NCBI GenBank assembly: GCA_029252805.1
Contig: JAQXAR010000014.1
Span: 4,198 to 68,197, forward strand
Reading direction: 5' to 3'
From: Rickettsiales bacterium
Lineage (GTDB): Bacteria > Pseudomonadota > Alphaproteobacteria > Rickettsiales > JALZUV01
DNA length: 64,000 bases
Shown: positions 9,930 to 20,485 of the stretch, piece by piece
Layout of the letters: every line of letters begins with the position of its first letter
Position numbering within the stretch: position 1 is the first letter of the stretch
Program-made: the position numbers and the translations under genes
Notes under the pieces: generated by a model
Told to the model about the DNA's origin: nothing
Databases searched by the model: none
What the model saw: the letters and a program-made list of their open reading frames with translations, nothing else

Positions 9930-10658
9930 ATGACAAAACGATTAGCAATAGTAACAGGGGGCATTCGCGGTATTGGCGAGGCTATCTCCCTTAGACTTCA
10001 GGCCGATGGCTTTGAAGTCGTCGCAAGTTATGCCACCCGTGATGATGAGGCGAAAGCCTTTACCGATCGTACTGGCATTAAAACCTATAAATTCGATGTG
10101 GCAGATTATACGGCATGCGAGAGCACGCTTCGCCAGATTGAAAGTAAGCTGGGAAAGCCTGTTGAAGTACTCGTCAATAATGCTGGTATCACGCGTGATT
10201 CTGCCATGCATAAAATGACACCTGAATATTGGAACCAAGTGATTACCACCAACCTGACTTCATGCTTTAATATGTCACATGCGGTGATTGAAGGTATGCG
10301 TGCGCGTGGATATGGTCGTATCGTCAGCATTAGTTCCGTTAATGGACAACTTGGTCAATTCGGCCAAACCAACTACTCTGCCGCTAAAGCAGGAGTTATC
10401 GGATTCACTAAAGCATTAGCACGTGAGACCGCCGCCAAAGGTATTACCGTTAACGCGGTCGCACCTGGCTATATCGCGACGGAAATGGTGAAAGCGGTGC
10501 CTGAAAAAGTTCTGGAAAAGATCGTCTCTGCTATTCCTGTGGGACGCTTAGGCGAGCCAGATGAAATTGCACGTTGCGTATCATTCCTAGCAGATGAGAA
10601 ATCTGGATTCATTACCGGTGAAACGCTGTCCATCAATGGCGGACAATATATGGGATAA
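9930..10658 (+). CDS. phaB: Acetoacetyl-CoA reductase (SDR family)
   Basis: 'TGGIRGIG' Rossmann motif, 'NNAGITRD', and catalytic 'YSAAKAG'. Follows phaA. Confidence 0.9.
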   Translation: MTKRLAIVTGGIRGIGEAISLRLQADGFEVVASYATRDDEAKAFTDRTGIKTYKFDVADYTACESTLRQIESKLGKPVEVLVNNAGITRDSAMHKMTPEYWNQVITTNLTSCFNMSHAVIEGMRARGYGRIVSISSVNGQLGQFGQTNYSAAKAGVIGFTKALARETAAKGITVNAVAPGYIATEMVKAVPEKVLEKIVSAIPVGRLGEPDEIARCVSFLADEKSGFITGETLSINGGQYMG

Positions 10659-10670
10659 GGTGGATAACCT

Positions 10671-11543
10671 TTAAGCTGGCACGACTCCGGCAGCTTTTGG
10701 GTTTTCCTTCACATTGAAAAGAGGCGAGAGTTTTTTGCCTTTTTTGGGCTGCCAAAGCTTCACCTTCTCTTCGAGCTCTTTCACCTGCGCTTCCGCTATT
10801 CTTTCGAGATAACTACTTTCATCGAAATGCACGGTTTGCGGGTCTACTTTGCGCGCTAAGCGTAGCCAAAAATACGCTTCTGCCGTATCGGCTTCTATAC
10901 CAATGCCCGATTCATAACATTCAGCAAGCTTGGTTTGCGCCACGACATCGCCATATTCGGCGGCTTGTAAATACCAATGGAAGGCTTGCTTCTCGTCTTT
11001 GTCAGTCGCAATACCTTCAGCATAGGCATTGGCTAAATGCATCTGGGCGACAGAGTTGCCTTGCTCCGCAGCTTTCTCGAACCACTCTAAGGCAAGCCCA
11101 TGGTTCGGTATGCAGCCCTTACCTTCACATAATAAGAGCGCCAAATTTAGTTGCGCGGAGGCATAGCCTTTGTCAGCTGATCGTTCGCATAGCTCAAAGG
11201 CCTTCTCATAGCTCTTATCTGCATGATGCCCTATTTGGTGCATTAAGCTGAGATTGAAAATTGCCTTCGCATTTCCTTGAGCCGCAGACGTTTCATATAG
11301 AATGAATGCCTTTTCGTAGTCTTGTTTTACGCCGACGCCGTTCGCATACATATTGCCTAAGCATTTTTGTGCTTCCGCATCGCCATTGGCCGCGGCCTGC
11401 CCATACCAAAAGGAGGCGCGTTCGTAATTTTGTTCTTTACCTTCGGTACCGAGAACATAGAGATCGCCAATTTTACGCTGAGCGATCGCAAGACCGTCTT
11501 CTGCAAGAATTCTTAATTCAGCTACACTCTCTGGTAATTCCAT
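10671..11543 (-). CDS. Sel1-like repeat (SLR/TPR) protein
   Basis: Reiterated ~36 aa units of the form 'A..W..KAAEQG...AQ..LG..Y..G.GV..D...A', for example 'GDAEAQKCLGNMYANGVGVKQDYEKAF'. No obvious signal peptide. Confidence 0.85.
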   Translation of the reverse strand: MELPESVAELRILAEDGLAIAQRKIGDLYVLGTEGKEQNYERASFWYGQAAANGDAEAQKCLGNMYANGVGVKQDYEKAFILYETSAAQGNAKAIFNLSLMHQIGHHADKSYEKAFELCERSADKGYASAQLNLALLLCEGKGCIPNHGLALEWFEKAAEQGNSVAQMHLANAYAEGIATDKDEKQAFHWYLQAAEYGDVVAQTKLAECYESGIGIEADTAEAYFWLRLARKVDPQTVHFDESSYLERIAEAQVKELEEKVKLWQPKKGKKLSPLFNVKENPKAAGVVPA

Positions 11544-11566
11544 CTAAATAGAATGCCATGAAAATC

Positions 11567-13141
11567 TTAGAATCGCAAGAATTTCACCTGCTTAACCGTG
11601 GGTAAAGCCGCAATCTTAACAATAACGTCATCTTTCACCGCCTCATCAACCTCTACGAGTGCTACTGCATCACCACTGTCTTTGCCGCGACCTAAATGGA
11701 AGTTAGCCACATTGATGCCCGCTTCGCCCAATACTTTACCGAGATTACCGATCAAACCTGGCTTATCTTCGTTATTCACATAGATAATATTTTGTCCCAA
11801 ATTCGCTTCAAGTTTGACGCCCGCGACTTCAACGATACGCGGATATCCGGCAAAGAGCGTTCCGGCGACAGCGCGTTCACGCTTCTCTGTTTGGATAGTC
11901 ACACGAATCAGGCTTTGGTAGTTACCACTTTGCTCTTTGGTGGTTTCAATCACTTCGATGCCACGCTCTTGCGCGACGTTACGCGCATTGACCGCATTTA
12001 CACTGCTCACCATGGGAGCCAACACGCCCTTCAAGCAAACGGCAGTGAGAGGCTTGGTGTTTAGCTTGCCAATTTCTCCGATATATTCGATCGTAATGCT
12101 CTTCAAGCCATTCTCAGTAATCTGCCCACCAAAGCTTCCCAGTTGCTCCGCAAGATTAAGGTAGGGATTGAGTTGTTTGGCTTCTTCCGCTGTGAGTGAC
12201 GGCGTGTTGAGTGCATTGGTTACCGTACCAGTTAACAAATAATCTGCCATTTGCTCGGCTACTTGAATCGCGACATTTTCTTGCGCTTCCGAGGTTGAGG
12301 CTCCGAGATGCGGCGTGCAAATCACTTGTTCCATACCGAACAGAATATTCTCTTTTGCCGGCTCGCTCTCATAAACATCAAGTGCCGCACCTGCTACATG
12401 ACCCGACTCAATCGCCTCCTTAAGAGCGGCTTCATCAATCAAGCCCCCCCGCGCGCAATTAACAATACGCACGCCTTTTTTGACCTTGGAAAGATTCTCT
12501 TGGCCGAGGATATTACGCGTTGAATCATTAAGCGGTGTATGTAGCGTAATGAAGTCAGCTTCTGCCAGTAGCTCATCAAGCTCTACTTTACGGATGTTCA
12601 GTTCATCCGCTTTTTCACTCGAGAGGAACGGATCTGCAGCGATCACCTTCATCTTCAGGCCTTGCGCGCGATTCGCCACAATAGAACCGATATTACCACA
12701 ACCGATAAGACCGAGTGTTTTCGTGTAAAGCTCGGTGCCCATAAATTTGCTCTTTTCCCATTTACCGGCATGGGTTGAAGCATTGGCTGCAGGGATCATA
12801 CGCGCCAGCGCCATCATCAGCGAGATTGCATGTTCTGCTGTCGTCACAGAGTTACCGAAAGGTGTGTTCATCACCACACAACCATTTGCAGTCGCTGCAG
12901 GTTGATCGATATTATCAACCCCGATACCGGCACGCCCGACGACTTTAAGGTTTTTCGCTGCTGCAAATACAGCCGGTGTTACGGTCGTTGCCGAACGAAT
13001 CGCCAAACCATCATAATCACCAATAATGGCAATCAGTTCTTCTTCAGACATTCCGGTTTTAACATCAACCTCTACGCCAGATTTTTTAAAGACTTCCGTC
13101 GCAGTAGGACTCATTTTATCGGAGATTAGAACTTTAGGCAT
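11567..13141 (-). CDS. serA: D-3-phosphoglycerate dehydrogenase (long form with ASB and ACT domains)
   Basis: 'GLIGCGNIGS' NAD motif, 'PHLGASTSEAQ', and a C-terminal ACT-like region. 524 aa. Confidence 0.95.
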   Translation of the reverse strand: MPKVLISDKMSPTATEVFKKSGVEVDVKTGMSEEELIAIIGDYDGLAIRSATTVTPAVFAAAKNLKVVGRAGIGVDNIDQPAATANGCVVMNTPFGNSVTTAEHAISLMMALARMIPAANASTHAGKWEKSKFMGTELYTKTLGLIGCGNIGSIVANRAQGLKMKVIAADPFLSSEKADELNIRKVELDELLAEADFITLHTPLNDSTRNILGQENLSKVKKGVRIVNCARGGLIDEAALKEAIESGHVAGAALDVYESEPAKENILFGMEQVICTPHLGASTSEAQENVAIQVAEQMADYLLTGTVTNALNTPSLTAEEAKQLNPYLNLAEQLGSFGGQITENGLKSITIEYIGEIGKLNTKPLTAVCLKGVLAPMVSSVNAVNARNVAQERGIEVIETTKEQSGNYQSLIRVTIQTEKRERAVAGTLFAGYPRIVEVAGVKLEANLGQNIIYVNNEDKPGLIGNLGKVLGEAGINVANFHLGRGKDSGDAVALVEVDEAVKDDVIVKIAALPTVKQVKFLRF

Positions 13142-13156
13142 TTTGACTATTTCCTT

Positions 13157-14323
13157 TTATGCAGCTTGTGCTGATGTTTGTTTTAATTCGGCGTATGCCC
13201 AATCCAACCAAGGGAAGAGCGCTTGTAAATCAGAGGTTTCGATGGTGGCACCACCCCATAGGCGTAAGCCTGCAGGAGCATCGCGGTAGCCAGCGATATC
13301 GTAAGCAACGCCCTGCTCGTCTAGCAGTTTGCACATGGCTTTGATGGCTTTCAACTGTGCGTCACCATCCAGCGAGGTGAACCAGCTATCGGTAATCTTT
13401 AAGCAGATAGAGGTATTAGAGCGAATCGTTTTATCTTCGACTAAGAATGCAGCCCAATCGCTTTGTTCTACCCATACTTCGACTGCGCTAAGATTCGCTT
13501 CAGAGCGTTTTATCATGCCTTGCAATCCCCCTACAGATTCTGCCCAATTATGCGCATCAACGACGTCTTCCACACAAAGCATGGATGGTGTGTTGATGGT
13601 CGCCCCTTCAAAGATGCCATCAATCAGCTTGCCGCCTTTGGTCAGACGGAAGATTTTAGGCATCGGCCATGCGGGTGTGTAAGATTCCAGGCGTTCAACG
13701 GCACGTGGGCTGAGCACGATCATGCCATGCGCTGCTTCACCACCGAGTACTTTTTGCCAGCTCCAAGTCGTGACATCAAGCTTATCCCACGGCATGTCCA
13801 TCGCATAGACCGCTGAGGTCGCATCGCAAATACTTAGGCCTTCGCGGTCAGAGGCAATCCAATCACCATTCGGACATTTCACGCCTGAGGTGGTGCCGTT
13901 CCATGTGAAGATCACGTCGCGGGCCCAATCAACGGCCGCTAGATTTGCAATCTCGCCGTAATCGGCTTCAAACTTGCGGTTATCTTCGAGTTTCAGTTGC
14001 TTGAGCACATCACTCACCCAGCCTGAGCCGAAGCTTTCCCATGCGAGCATATCAACACCGCGTGCACCTAACATGCTCCACATTGCCATTTCAAAGGCAC
14101 CCGTGTCAGAGGCCGGCACGATACCGATTTTATAATCCGCCGGAATGCCGAGCGTTTCACGCGCCATTTCGATAGCTTGCTTCAAGCGAGCTTTACCAAT
14201 GCCAGAACGGTGTGAACGGCCTAATACTGCATTGTTTAATGCGTCTAATGACCAGCCGGGGCGTTTCGCACAGGGGCCTGATGAAAAATTAGGATTTGCG
14301 GGTTTTTGTGAAGGAGTTTGCAT
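13157..14323 (-). CDS. serC: Phosphoserine aminotransferase
   Basis: N-terminal '[13 protein letters not shown]' and '[14 protein letters not shown]' with the PLP Lys region. Typical ~390 aa alpha-type SerC upstream of serA. Confidence 0.9.
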   Translation of the reverse strand: MQTPSQKPANPNFSSGPCAKRPGWSLDALNNAVLGRSHRSGIGKARLKQAIEMARETLGIPADYKIGIVPASDTGAFEMAMWSMLGARGVDMLAWESFGSGWVSDVLKQLKLEDNRKFEADYGEIANLAAVDWARDVIFTWNGTTSGVKCPNGDWIASDREGLSICDATSAVYAMDMPWDKLDVTTWSWQKVLGGEAAHGMIVLSPRAVERLESYTPAWPMPKIFRLTKGGKLIDGIFEGATINTPSMLCVEDVVDAHNWAESVGGLQGMIKRSEANLSAVEVWVEQSDWAAFLVEDKTIRSNTSICLKITDSWFTSLDGDAQLKAIKAMCKLLDEQGVAYDIAGYRDAPAGLRLWGGATIETSDLQALFPWLDWAYAELKQTSAQAA

Positions 14324-14362
14324 GAGGATTGATTAAACAGTCCCCAAGGCTCGTGCAACCGT

Positions 14363-16075
14363 TTATTCGGCCTTCTTCTTCATAAATTGTGGATAAAGAT
14401 AAAGTACAAAAATAATTAGTAATTCTATCACACAGAACCAAAATAATCCCAATGCCGCCGAATCAGTGAATCCGTAAGAATGCAATCCCGTCCCTAACAA
14501 GTTCACACCAAACCAGCTAAGGGCTACAATAATGTTCGTGCAGGCGAGTAACGCCGCAAAGCCACGCCGCCCCATAAAACTGAGCATTCGCCCATGTAGC
14601 AGCCATATAAGCCAGAGTACAATCCAAAGTGCACCATTTTCTTTCGGATCCCAGCCCCAGAAGCGCCCCCAAGATTGATCTGCCCAGATACCGCCAAGAA
14701 TGGTTCCGACAGCGGTGAATAAAAGCGCAACCACGGTGAGGAATGGCAGAGGTTTGGAAAGGTTTGGCCGAATAAGTGCAATATGCGCCAGCGTTCCCAC
14801 CACAAGCGACGCGCCATAGCCAATCGTAATGCAGATCACATGCGTCGCCAGCCAGATATTCGTATTGAGTACAGCAATGAGCACGCCCATCGTATCGCTC
14901 TGCCCAGCATAAACGTCACTCACCGCTAATAAGACTCCCCCCAGAAGCGCGCCGATCATAAGGCCTTCTTTATATAATTTACGCCGATAGAGCCAAAAGC
15001 CAAACACCGCCGAAATCAATGCAACGAATAAAACAGACTCATATAGCGTGCTAACAGGTGGCCGCCCAAGCAAAGCAATACGTATTAAAAGAACCAGACT
15101 ATGGAGACTCAGAGTTACCGCAAAAGCAGGGACGATAAAATGTTCGAATCTGCCCCATAATGTGAGCAAAAAGAGAAACCCATAAAGTAGCGTAATTTTA
15201 GGAATCAGTGCGGCGCTATTGTAAAAGGTCTCTAGCTGCAATTTCCATTTTGTGTGCGGCGTATTTTTTGTTTCGATGAGGTCAAGCTGCTTGCTCCATA
15301 GATTGGCATTATCTGCTCGATAAGCGGTCACAAGAGTCTGCCAGTGCTGCATCAATGCGCCGGCTTTTGGGGTCCCTTTCCCGCCTTCTATAAGCTGCCA
15401 AGGCGTGATCCATTCGCCGTCAACCGCTGTCGGGAGCACTTTTAATAACGCATTCCCCTGCCCCGTCAAACGTACCGATGCTAGGGCAAAAGAACGTAGA
15501 GCGACAGCGGCTTCTTGCGCGCTATATTTGGTAATATCTTCGCCTTTGCGCTTTACGATCGCTTTCAGTTTCTTAGCGAGTGCGACTTGTTCATTACGCT
15601 GCTCATAATATGCCCCCGTATCTCCCTCTAGCGGTAAGAATGCCGAGAAAGTTCGCGTGATTTGTGCGAACGCATCCACTTGACTATACAGCTGCCACAG
15701 AGCCTTTTCGTTTGCGGTATATTTATTGGCGTCTTTGGTCGCCAACTGTTTCAAAATGGGGCGTTGCCTATCAAGCGCTGGAGCAACCTCTTTATAAGAG
15801 TAACGCTCTTTAGCCTCAGGTAATTCTAATATTTGACGTAGTGACTCTAGTGGCAAGATAAACCGTTCATTATCAATTGCTTTTTCTGGAGTGAACAAAG
15901 CGGCCGCCAATTGTTCTACTGCATTATCGTTTTCGAAATAGAGGCGCGCGAAGCTATCAACCGGTTTGATACGCCCTTCATGTAGTACCGGTAACTGAGC
16001 AAAAGCCTCAATATCGAATTCATCTGCATGGACGAAAAATGGCAACAGCATAAGCAGTAGTAAAAGGCGGATCAT
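14363..16075 (-). CDS. ccsA: System II cytochrome c biogenesis protein CcsA/ResC-type heme handler with a long N-terminal periplasmic extension
   Basis: WWD motif 'WGRFWGWDPKENGALW'. Conserved His contexts 'ATHVI' and 'GTGLHSYGF'. Signal peptide plus 'LHEGRIKPVDSFAR' N-terminal domain. 4 nt overlap with the upstream ccsB. Confidence 0.85.
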   Translation of the reverse strand: MIRLLLLLMLLPFFVHADEFDIEAFAQLPVLHEGRIKPVDSFARLYFENDNAVEQLAAALFTPEKAIDNERFILPLESLRQILELPEAKERYSYKEVAPALDRQRPILKQLATKDANKYTANEKALWQLYSQVDAFAQITRTFSAFLPLEGDTGAYYEQRNEQVALAKKLKAIVKRKGEDITKYSAQEAAVALRSFALASVRLTGQGNALLKVLPTAVDGEWITPWQLIEGGKGTPKAGALMQHWQTLVTAYRADNANLWSKQLDLIETKNTPHTKWKLQLETFYNSAALIPKITLLYGFLFLLTLWGRFEHFIVPAFAVTLSLHSLVLLIRIALLGRPPVSTLYESVLFVALISAVFGFWLYRRKLYKEGLMIGALLGGVLLAVSDVYAGQSDTMGVLIAVLNTNIWLATHVICITIGYGASLVVGTLAHIALIRPNLSKPLPFLTVVALLFTAVGTILGGIWADQSWGRFWGWDPKENGALWIVLWLIWLLHGRMLSFMGRRGFAALLACTNIIVALSWFGVNLLGTGLHSYGFTDSAALGLFWFCVIELLIIFVLYLYPQFMKKKAE

Positions 16076-17160
16076 GAGAGCACCTTCTTACTGCGAATCC
16101 ACACTTGCAACATCAGCCCCAATGCCATGATGATGCTGGCAATATAAGGGAATAAAAAACCCGTATTTTTGACCACTGCGAGTACACTCGCCTGCTGCCC
16201 ATTCACCTCGAGAAAAGAGGATTGATAGAGCGTATGTCCATGCGTGCGTAACGGTTCATTCATACGAATTGCTTGATGCCATTCGAGGCCGGATTCTTCA
16301 ATGATCGTCACTTGAGATTCATATTCAGAGGGGGTGTCAGAACCAGGGTAACTAAACTTCTTGAATTTGTTTAACTTCACTGCAAAGGGCAGTAAGCGAT
16401 TCGCCTTGGTGAATAACAGTTTATAATTTTTGCCATCGTCGCTGAATTCAATCGGACGTGGAATGGCTTCGTAAAGTATATGCACGCTTTCAATAACCGA
16501 TACTTCAAAGGTGATGCCGCTTAAGTTGGCTTCATCGTCCTTTTTCAGCTCTACAGACGCAAGTGAAAGGCGACCATTATCATCGACCATAGGCTTACAA
16601 TTACGGCACTTATCCAAGAGGTTTAGCGAAAAGGCACCTTGGTTTAATGAGGTTGCCTCTCCTACCCTCAAGGCCTCGAAGGCGATGCGCTGAATGACCT
16701 TATCATCCTCATATAAAACCAGTTCGCGCTGATGATAGTCGGAGACGACTCGCCCTACTTCATCTTGCATCAAGGTGAGGTAACCCTCTTGCGCGGTGAA
16801 AGCGGTGACTAGCCCGCCGATAAGAAGCGTCAACACGCCAATATGTGCGAGAATTATCCCCGCTTGCGCGCGTACCCATCGGGTTTTGAGGGCGAGCTTT
16901 AAGACCAACCCAAGTGTCAATATTCCCAAAGCGGTGTAAACGCCCGGCACCGGTATTGGGCCAGCCCAAACCCACCAGGCTGAGAAGAAAAGCCGCTCGG
17001 CCTCATAAAGTCCGATATAGCGTTGCGAAATTGTCCCGACAACCAGCAGCACCATAAGCCAAGGCATAACCCAAAAAATCAGCGCAGGGCTGGTACAGAA
17101 AGCTAAAATGCGGGACGCAGAATTTGGCATAAACCAGCTATTACAAAGAAAATGCGGCAA
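16072..17160 (-). CDS. ccsB: System II cytochrome c biogenesis protein CcsB/ResB-like (Ccs1), short form; alternative start 17130
   Basis: ResB-like N-terminus 'LLVVGTISQRY', TM His 'LAHIGVLTLLIGG', and C-terminal 'LYQSSF...VVKNTGFLFPYIASIIMALGL'. Translationally coupled to ccsA. Confidence 0.75.
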   Translation of the reverse strand: MPHFLCNSWFMPNSASRILAFCTSPALIFWVMPWLMVLLVVGTISQRYIGLYEAERLFFSAWWVWAGPIPVPGVYTALGILTLGLVLKLALKTRWVRAQAGIILAHIGVLTLLIGGLVTAFTAQEGYLTLMQDEVGRVVSDYHQRELVLYEDDKVIQRIAFEALRVGEATSLNQGAFSLNLLDKCRNCKPMVDDNGRLSLASVELKKDDEANLSGITFEVSVIESVHILYEAIPRPIEFSDDGKNYKLLFTKANRLLPFAVKLNKFKKFSYPGSDTPSEYESQVTIIEESGLEWHQAIRMNEPLRTHGHTLYQSSFLEVNGQQASVLAVVKNTGFLFPYIASIIMALGLMLQVWIRSKKVLS

Positions 17161-17233
17161 TTACCATCAAGATTCTGCCTTTTAGGGGTTTTCCCCTCTT
17201 GCAACTGGCACGGTGGAAGCCTAAAACCGATGC

Positions 17234-18100
17234 ATGAGTAGTTTTCAAGATATTATCCTTAAGCTCCATCGTTTTTGGGCTGATCAAGGCTGTGTGATCC
17301 TGCAACCGTATGATGTTGAGATGGGTGCTGGAACCTTCCATCCCGCTACCACGTTACGTGCGCTGGGCCCCGACCACTGGAAGGCTGCCTATGTGCAGCC
17401 CTCTCGCCGTCCATCTGATGGCCGCTATGGCGAGAACCCCAACCGCCTGCAGCATTACTATCAATATCAAGTGGTGCTGAAGCCTTCGCCGGATAATATT
17501 CAACAGCTTTATCTGGATAGTTTGAAAGAGCTTGGCATTGATCCGCTCCTGCATGATATCCGTTTTGTTGAGGATGATTGGGAAAGCCCAACGCTTGGCG
17601 CATGGGGCCTGGGCTGGGAAGTCTGGTGTGATGGAATGGAAGTCACCCAATTCACCTATTTCCAACAAGTCGGTGGATTTGAATGTAAGCCAGTAACGGG
17701 CGAACTGACTTACGGGTTAGAACGTCTCGCCATGTATATTCAAGGCGTTGAGAATGTGTATGATCTCGACTTTAACGGTCAAGGCGTCACGTATGGCGAT
17801 GTATTCCTTGCGAATGAACAGCAATTCTCGGCCTACAATCTAGACGTCGCAGATACGACCCTGCTTTTCCGTCAATTCGATGATGCGGAGAAGCAATGTA
17901 AGGAGCTGCTAGAACATAAATTGCCGCTGCCGGCTTATGACCAATGCATCAAAGCCAGCCACGCCTTTAACCTGCTCGATGCGCGCGGCGTTATCTCTGT
18001 CACGGAACGTGCAGCGTATATTGGCCGTGTGCGTACTCTCGCCAAAGGCTGTTGCGAAAAATATCTAGAATCAATTACTCCAAGTGAGATTGCCGCATGA
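17234..18100 (+). CDS. glyQ: Glycine--tRNA ligase alpha subunit
   Basis: Highly conserved GlyQ sequence ('[17 protein letters not shown]', '[11 protein letters not shown]', '[22 protein letters not shown]'). Confidence 0.97.
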   Translation: MSSFQDIILKLHRFWADQGCVILQPYDVEMGAGTFHPATTLRALGPDHWKAAYVQPSRRPSDGRYGENPNRLQHYYQYQVVLKPSPDNIQQLYLDSLKELGIDPLLHDIRFVEDDWESPTLGAWGLGWEVWCDGMEVTQFTYFQQVGGFECKPVTGELTYGLERLAMYIQGVENVYDLDFNGQGVTYGDVFLANEQQFSAYNLDVADTTLLFRQFDDAEKQCKELLEHKLPLPAYDQCIKASHAFNLLDARGVISVTERAAYIGRVRTLAKGCCEKYLESITPSEIAA

Positions 18101-18450
18101 CCCTCACTATGTTCAAAGCAAAGATCCATCGCGCGACGGTGACCAATGCAGACTTGCATTATGAAGGCTCGATCACGGTCGACCCTGATTTGCTCGAAGC
18201 TTCAGGTATCTTGCCTTATGAGCAGGTCGATGTGCTCGATATCAATAATGGCAATCGCTTTACGACTTACGCGATCGAATCTGAGAAGCGTGGCGAAGGC
18301 GAAATTCAAGTCAATGGCGCAGCGGCGCATTTGGTAGAGATTGGCGACTTGCTTATCATCATCGCTTACGCACAAATGAGCGAAGCAGATGCCGCAAAAC
18401 ATAACCCCACTGTCGTGCTAGTGGATAAAAAGAACAAACCGGTAAAATAA
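18097..18450 (+). CDS. panD: Aspartate 1-decarboxylase proenzyme
   Basis: '[21 protein letters not shown]' contains the Gly-Ser self-cleavage site. '[10 protein letters not shown]' and 'VNGAAAH' are also present. ATGA overlap with the glyQ stop. Confidence 0.95.
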   Translation: MTLTMFKAKIHRATVTNADLHYEGSITVDPDLLEASGILPYEQVDVLDINNGNRFTTYAIESEKRGEGEIQVNGAAAHLVEIGDLLIIIAYAQMSEADAAKHNPTVVLVDKKNKPVK

Positions 18451-18455
18451 AGATT

Positions 18456-20471
18456 ATGGCTAACTTACTCCTTGAATTATTTTCTGAAGAACTGCCGGCC
18501 GGTATGCAGCCGAAAGCGGAAAGCTGGTTGCGTGAAAATTTACTAAAAGCCCTCAAAGCCGCAAAGCTTGAATATGGCGACGTTGCGACCTTCCGTACTC
18601 CTCGCCGTTTGGCGTTGATTGTCAATGATCTGCCGGAGCGTCAACCGGATGTGGCCGAAGAACGCAAAGGCCCAGCCACTTCCGCCCCCGATCAAGCGCT
18701 CGAGGGTTTCTTGCGTAGCACGGGGCTCTCCAAAGATAAGTTGGAGATGCGTGAAATTAAAGGCAAAGAGTATTTCTTCGCCGTGATTAACGAAGAAGGC
18801 AAAGCAACTGCCGATGCCTTAAAAAGCATTATCGAGAAGCTCCTTAGCGACTTGCCTTGGGCAAAGTCGATGCGCTGGGGCGATTACTCGCTGAACTGGG
18901 CGCGCCCACTGCAAAATATCTGTTGTATTTTAGGGAACGAAATTGTGCCTATTGAGTTTGCACATTTGAAAGCCAATAACCTCACTTACGGTCACCGTTT
19001 CCATGCGCCAGCTGAGATCATGCTAACTGCATCCGCCGATTATGAGGCGAGTTTAGAGAAAGCCTATGTGATTGCTGATGGCGTCAAACGTGAAGCGGTT
19101 ATCAAAGACGCGATTGAGAAACAAGCCACTGCTTCTGCTCTGTCCGTCGTGGATGATTCAGCTCTCTTGCTTGAAGTGACCGGCCTTGTTGAATGGCCTG
19201 TGGTGCTTGAAGGTTCGATCGATGATTGTTTTATGGATTTGCCGCCCGAAGTGATGCGCTCAGAAATGCGCAATCATCAAAAATATTTTACCCTGTTAGA
19301 AAAAGATGGAACCGCCGCTTCCAAATTTCTTATCACAAGTAACATCGAAGCTTCTGATGGTGGAAAGGCCGTCATTGCAGGTAACGAACGTGTGTTGCGT
19401 GCTCGCCTAGCCGATGGTCAATTCTTCTATCGGAAAGACCAGAAACAGCCGCTAGCGCAGTGGAATGAGAAACTCAAATCAGTCGTCTTCCACGCAAAGC
19501 TCGGCACGGTTGCGGATAAGGTGGAGCGTATTGGTAAAACGGCTACTGCTCTGTGTGAATTTATTCCATCAGCGGATAAAGCTAAGGTAGCTCGTGCGGC
19601 TAAACTTTGTAAATCCGACCTCGCTACCGGAATGGTGGGTGAATTTGCGGATCTACAAGGCACAATGGGGCGTTATTACGCCCTTGCTCAGAATGAAGAC
19701 CCGCAAGTTGCCGATGCGATTAGCGAGCATTACCTGCCGCAAGGCCCTAAATCGCCTGTGCCAACTCAGCCGACCAGCATTGCCGTAGCGCTCGCGGATA
19801 AGCTGGACACCTTAACGGGATTATTCGGTGCGGATGAAATTCCAACAGGTTCGAAAGATCCATTCGCGCTACGTCGTGCAGCTTTAGGCGTTATCCGTAT
19901 CATTCTGGAGAATAAATTGCGCCTTCCGCTTAGCCAATTTACGGGCAATGATAAAACGCTACATGCTTTCTTCTTTGAGCGCCTGCGCGGTGTGTTGAAA
20001 GATAAAGGCCTACGTCACGATGTGATTGAGGCGGTTATCACCAATACTCAAGATGATGACTTCTTACGTTTGACGCGTAAAATCGAAGCGTTGCAGGATT
20101 TCATGCAAGGTCAGGATGCGAGTGCCCTGCTAACCGCCTATGGCCGTGCAGCAAATATCCTCGCTAAGAGTGATTCAAGCACGCAAGGCAATGTCATCGC
20201 TGACCTCCTCGAGCAAATCGAAGAGAAAACATTGTTTGAAGCTATGAACTCAACGGCCACTGCCGTCGAAGCGCATTTAACGGCCGAAGCTTATGGAGAG
20301 GCTCTGACCTCATTCGCCGAGCTGCGCCAGCCCGTTGATGCCTTCTTCGATAAAGTGACGGTAAATGCCGATAATGCCGATTTACGACAGAACCGTTTAA
20401 CCCTTCTTTCTGCATTGGTTGATAATATGCAGAATATTGCTGACTTCAGCCAAATCCAACAAGCCGCCTAA
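18456..20471 (+). CDS. glyS: Glycine--tRNA ligase beta subunit
   Basis: N-terminal 'LLLELFSEELPA', then 'TPRRLAL' and 'HQKYF'. 671 aa, following glyQ. Confidence 0.95.
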   Translation: MANLLLELFSEELPAGMQPKAESWLRENLLKALKAAKLEYGDVATFRTPRRLALIVNDLPERQPDVAEERKGPATSAPDQALEGFLRSTGLSKDKLEMREIKGKEYFFAVINEEGKATADALKSIIEKLLSDLPWAKSMRWGDYSLNWARPLQNICCILGNEIVPIEFAHLKANNLTYGHRFHAPAEIMLTASADYEASLEKAYVIADGVKREAVIKDAIEKQATASALSVVDDSALLLEVTGLVEWPVVLEGSIDDCFMDLPPEVMRSEMRNHQKYFTLLEKDGTAASKFLITSNIEASDGGKAVIAGNERVLRARLADGQFFYRKDQKQPLAQWNEKLKSVVFHAKLGTVADKVERIGKTATALCEFIPSADKAKVARAAKLCKSDLATGMVGEFADLQGTMGRYYALAQNEDPQVADAISEHYLPQGPKSPVPTQPTSIAVALADKLDTLTGLFGADEIPTGSKDPFALRRAALGVIRIILENKLRLPLSQFTGNDKTLHAFFFERLRGVLKDKGLRHDVIEAVITNTQDDDFLRLTRKIEALQDFMQGQDASALLTAYGRAANILAKSDSSTQGNVIADLLEQIEEKTLFEAMNSTATAVEAHLTAEAYGEALTSFAELRQPVDAFFDKVTVNADNADLRQNRLTLLSALVDNMQNIADFSQIQQAA

Positions 20472-20485
20472 ATAAAGGAATTCTC

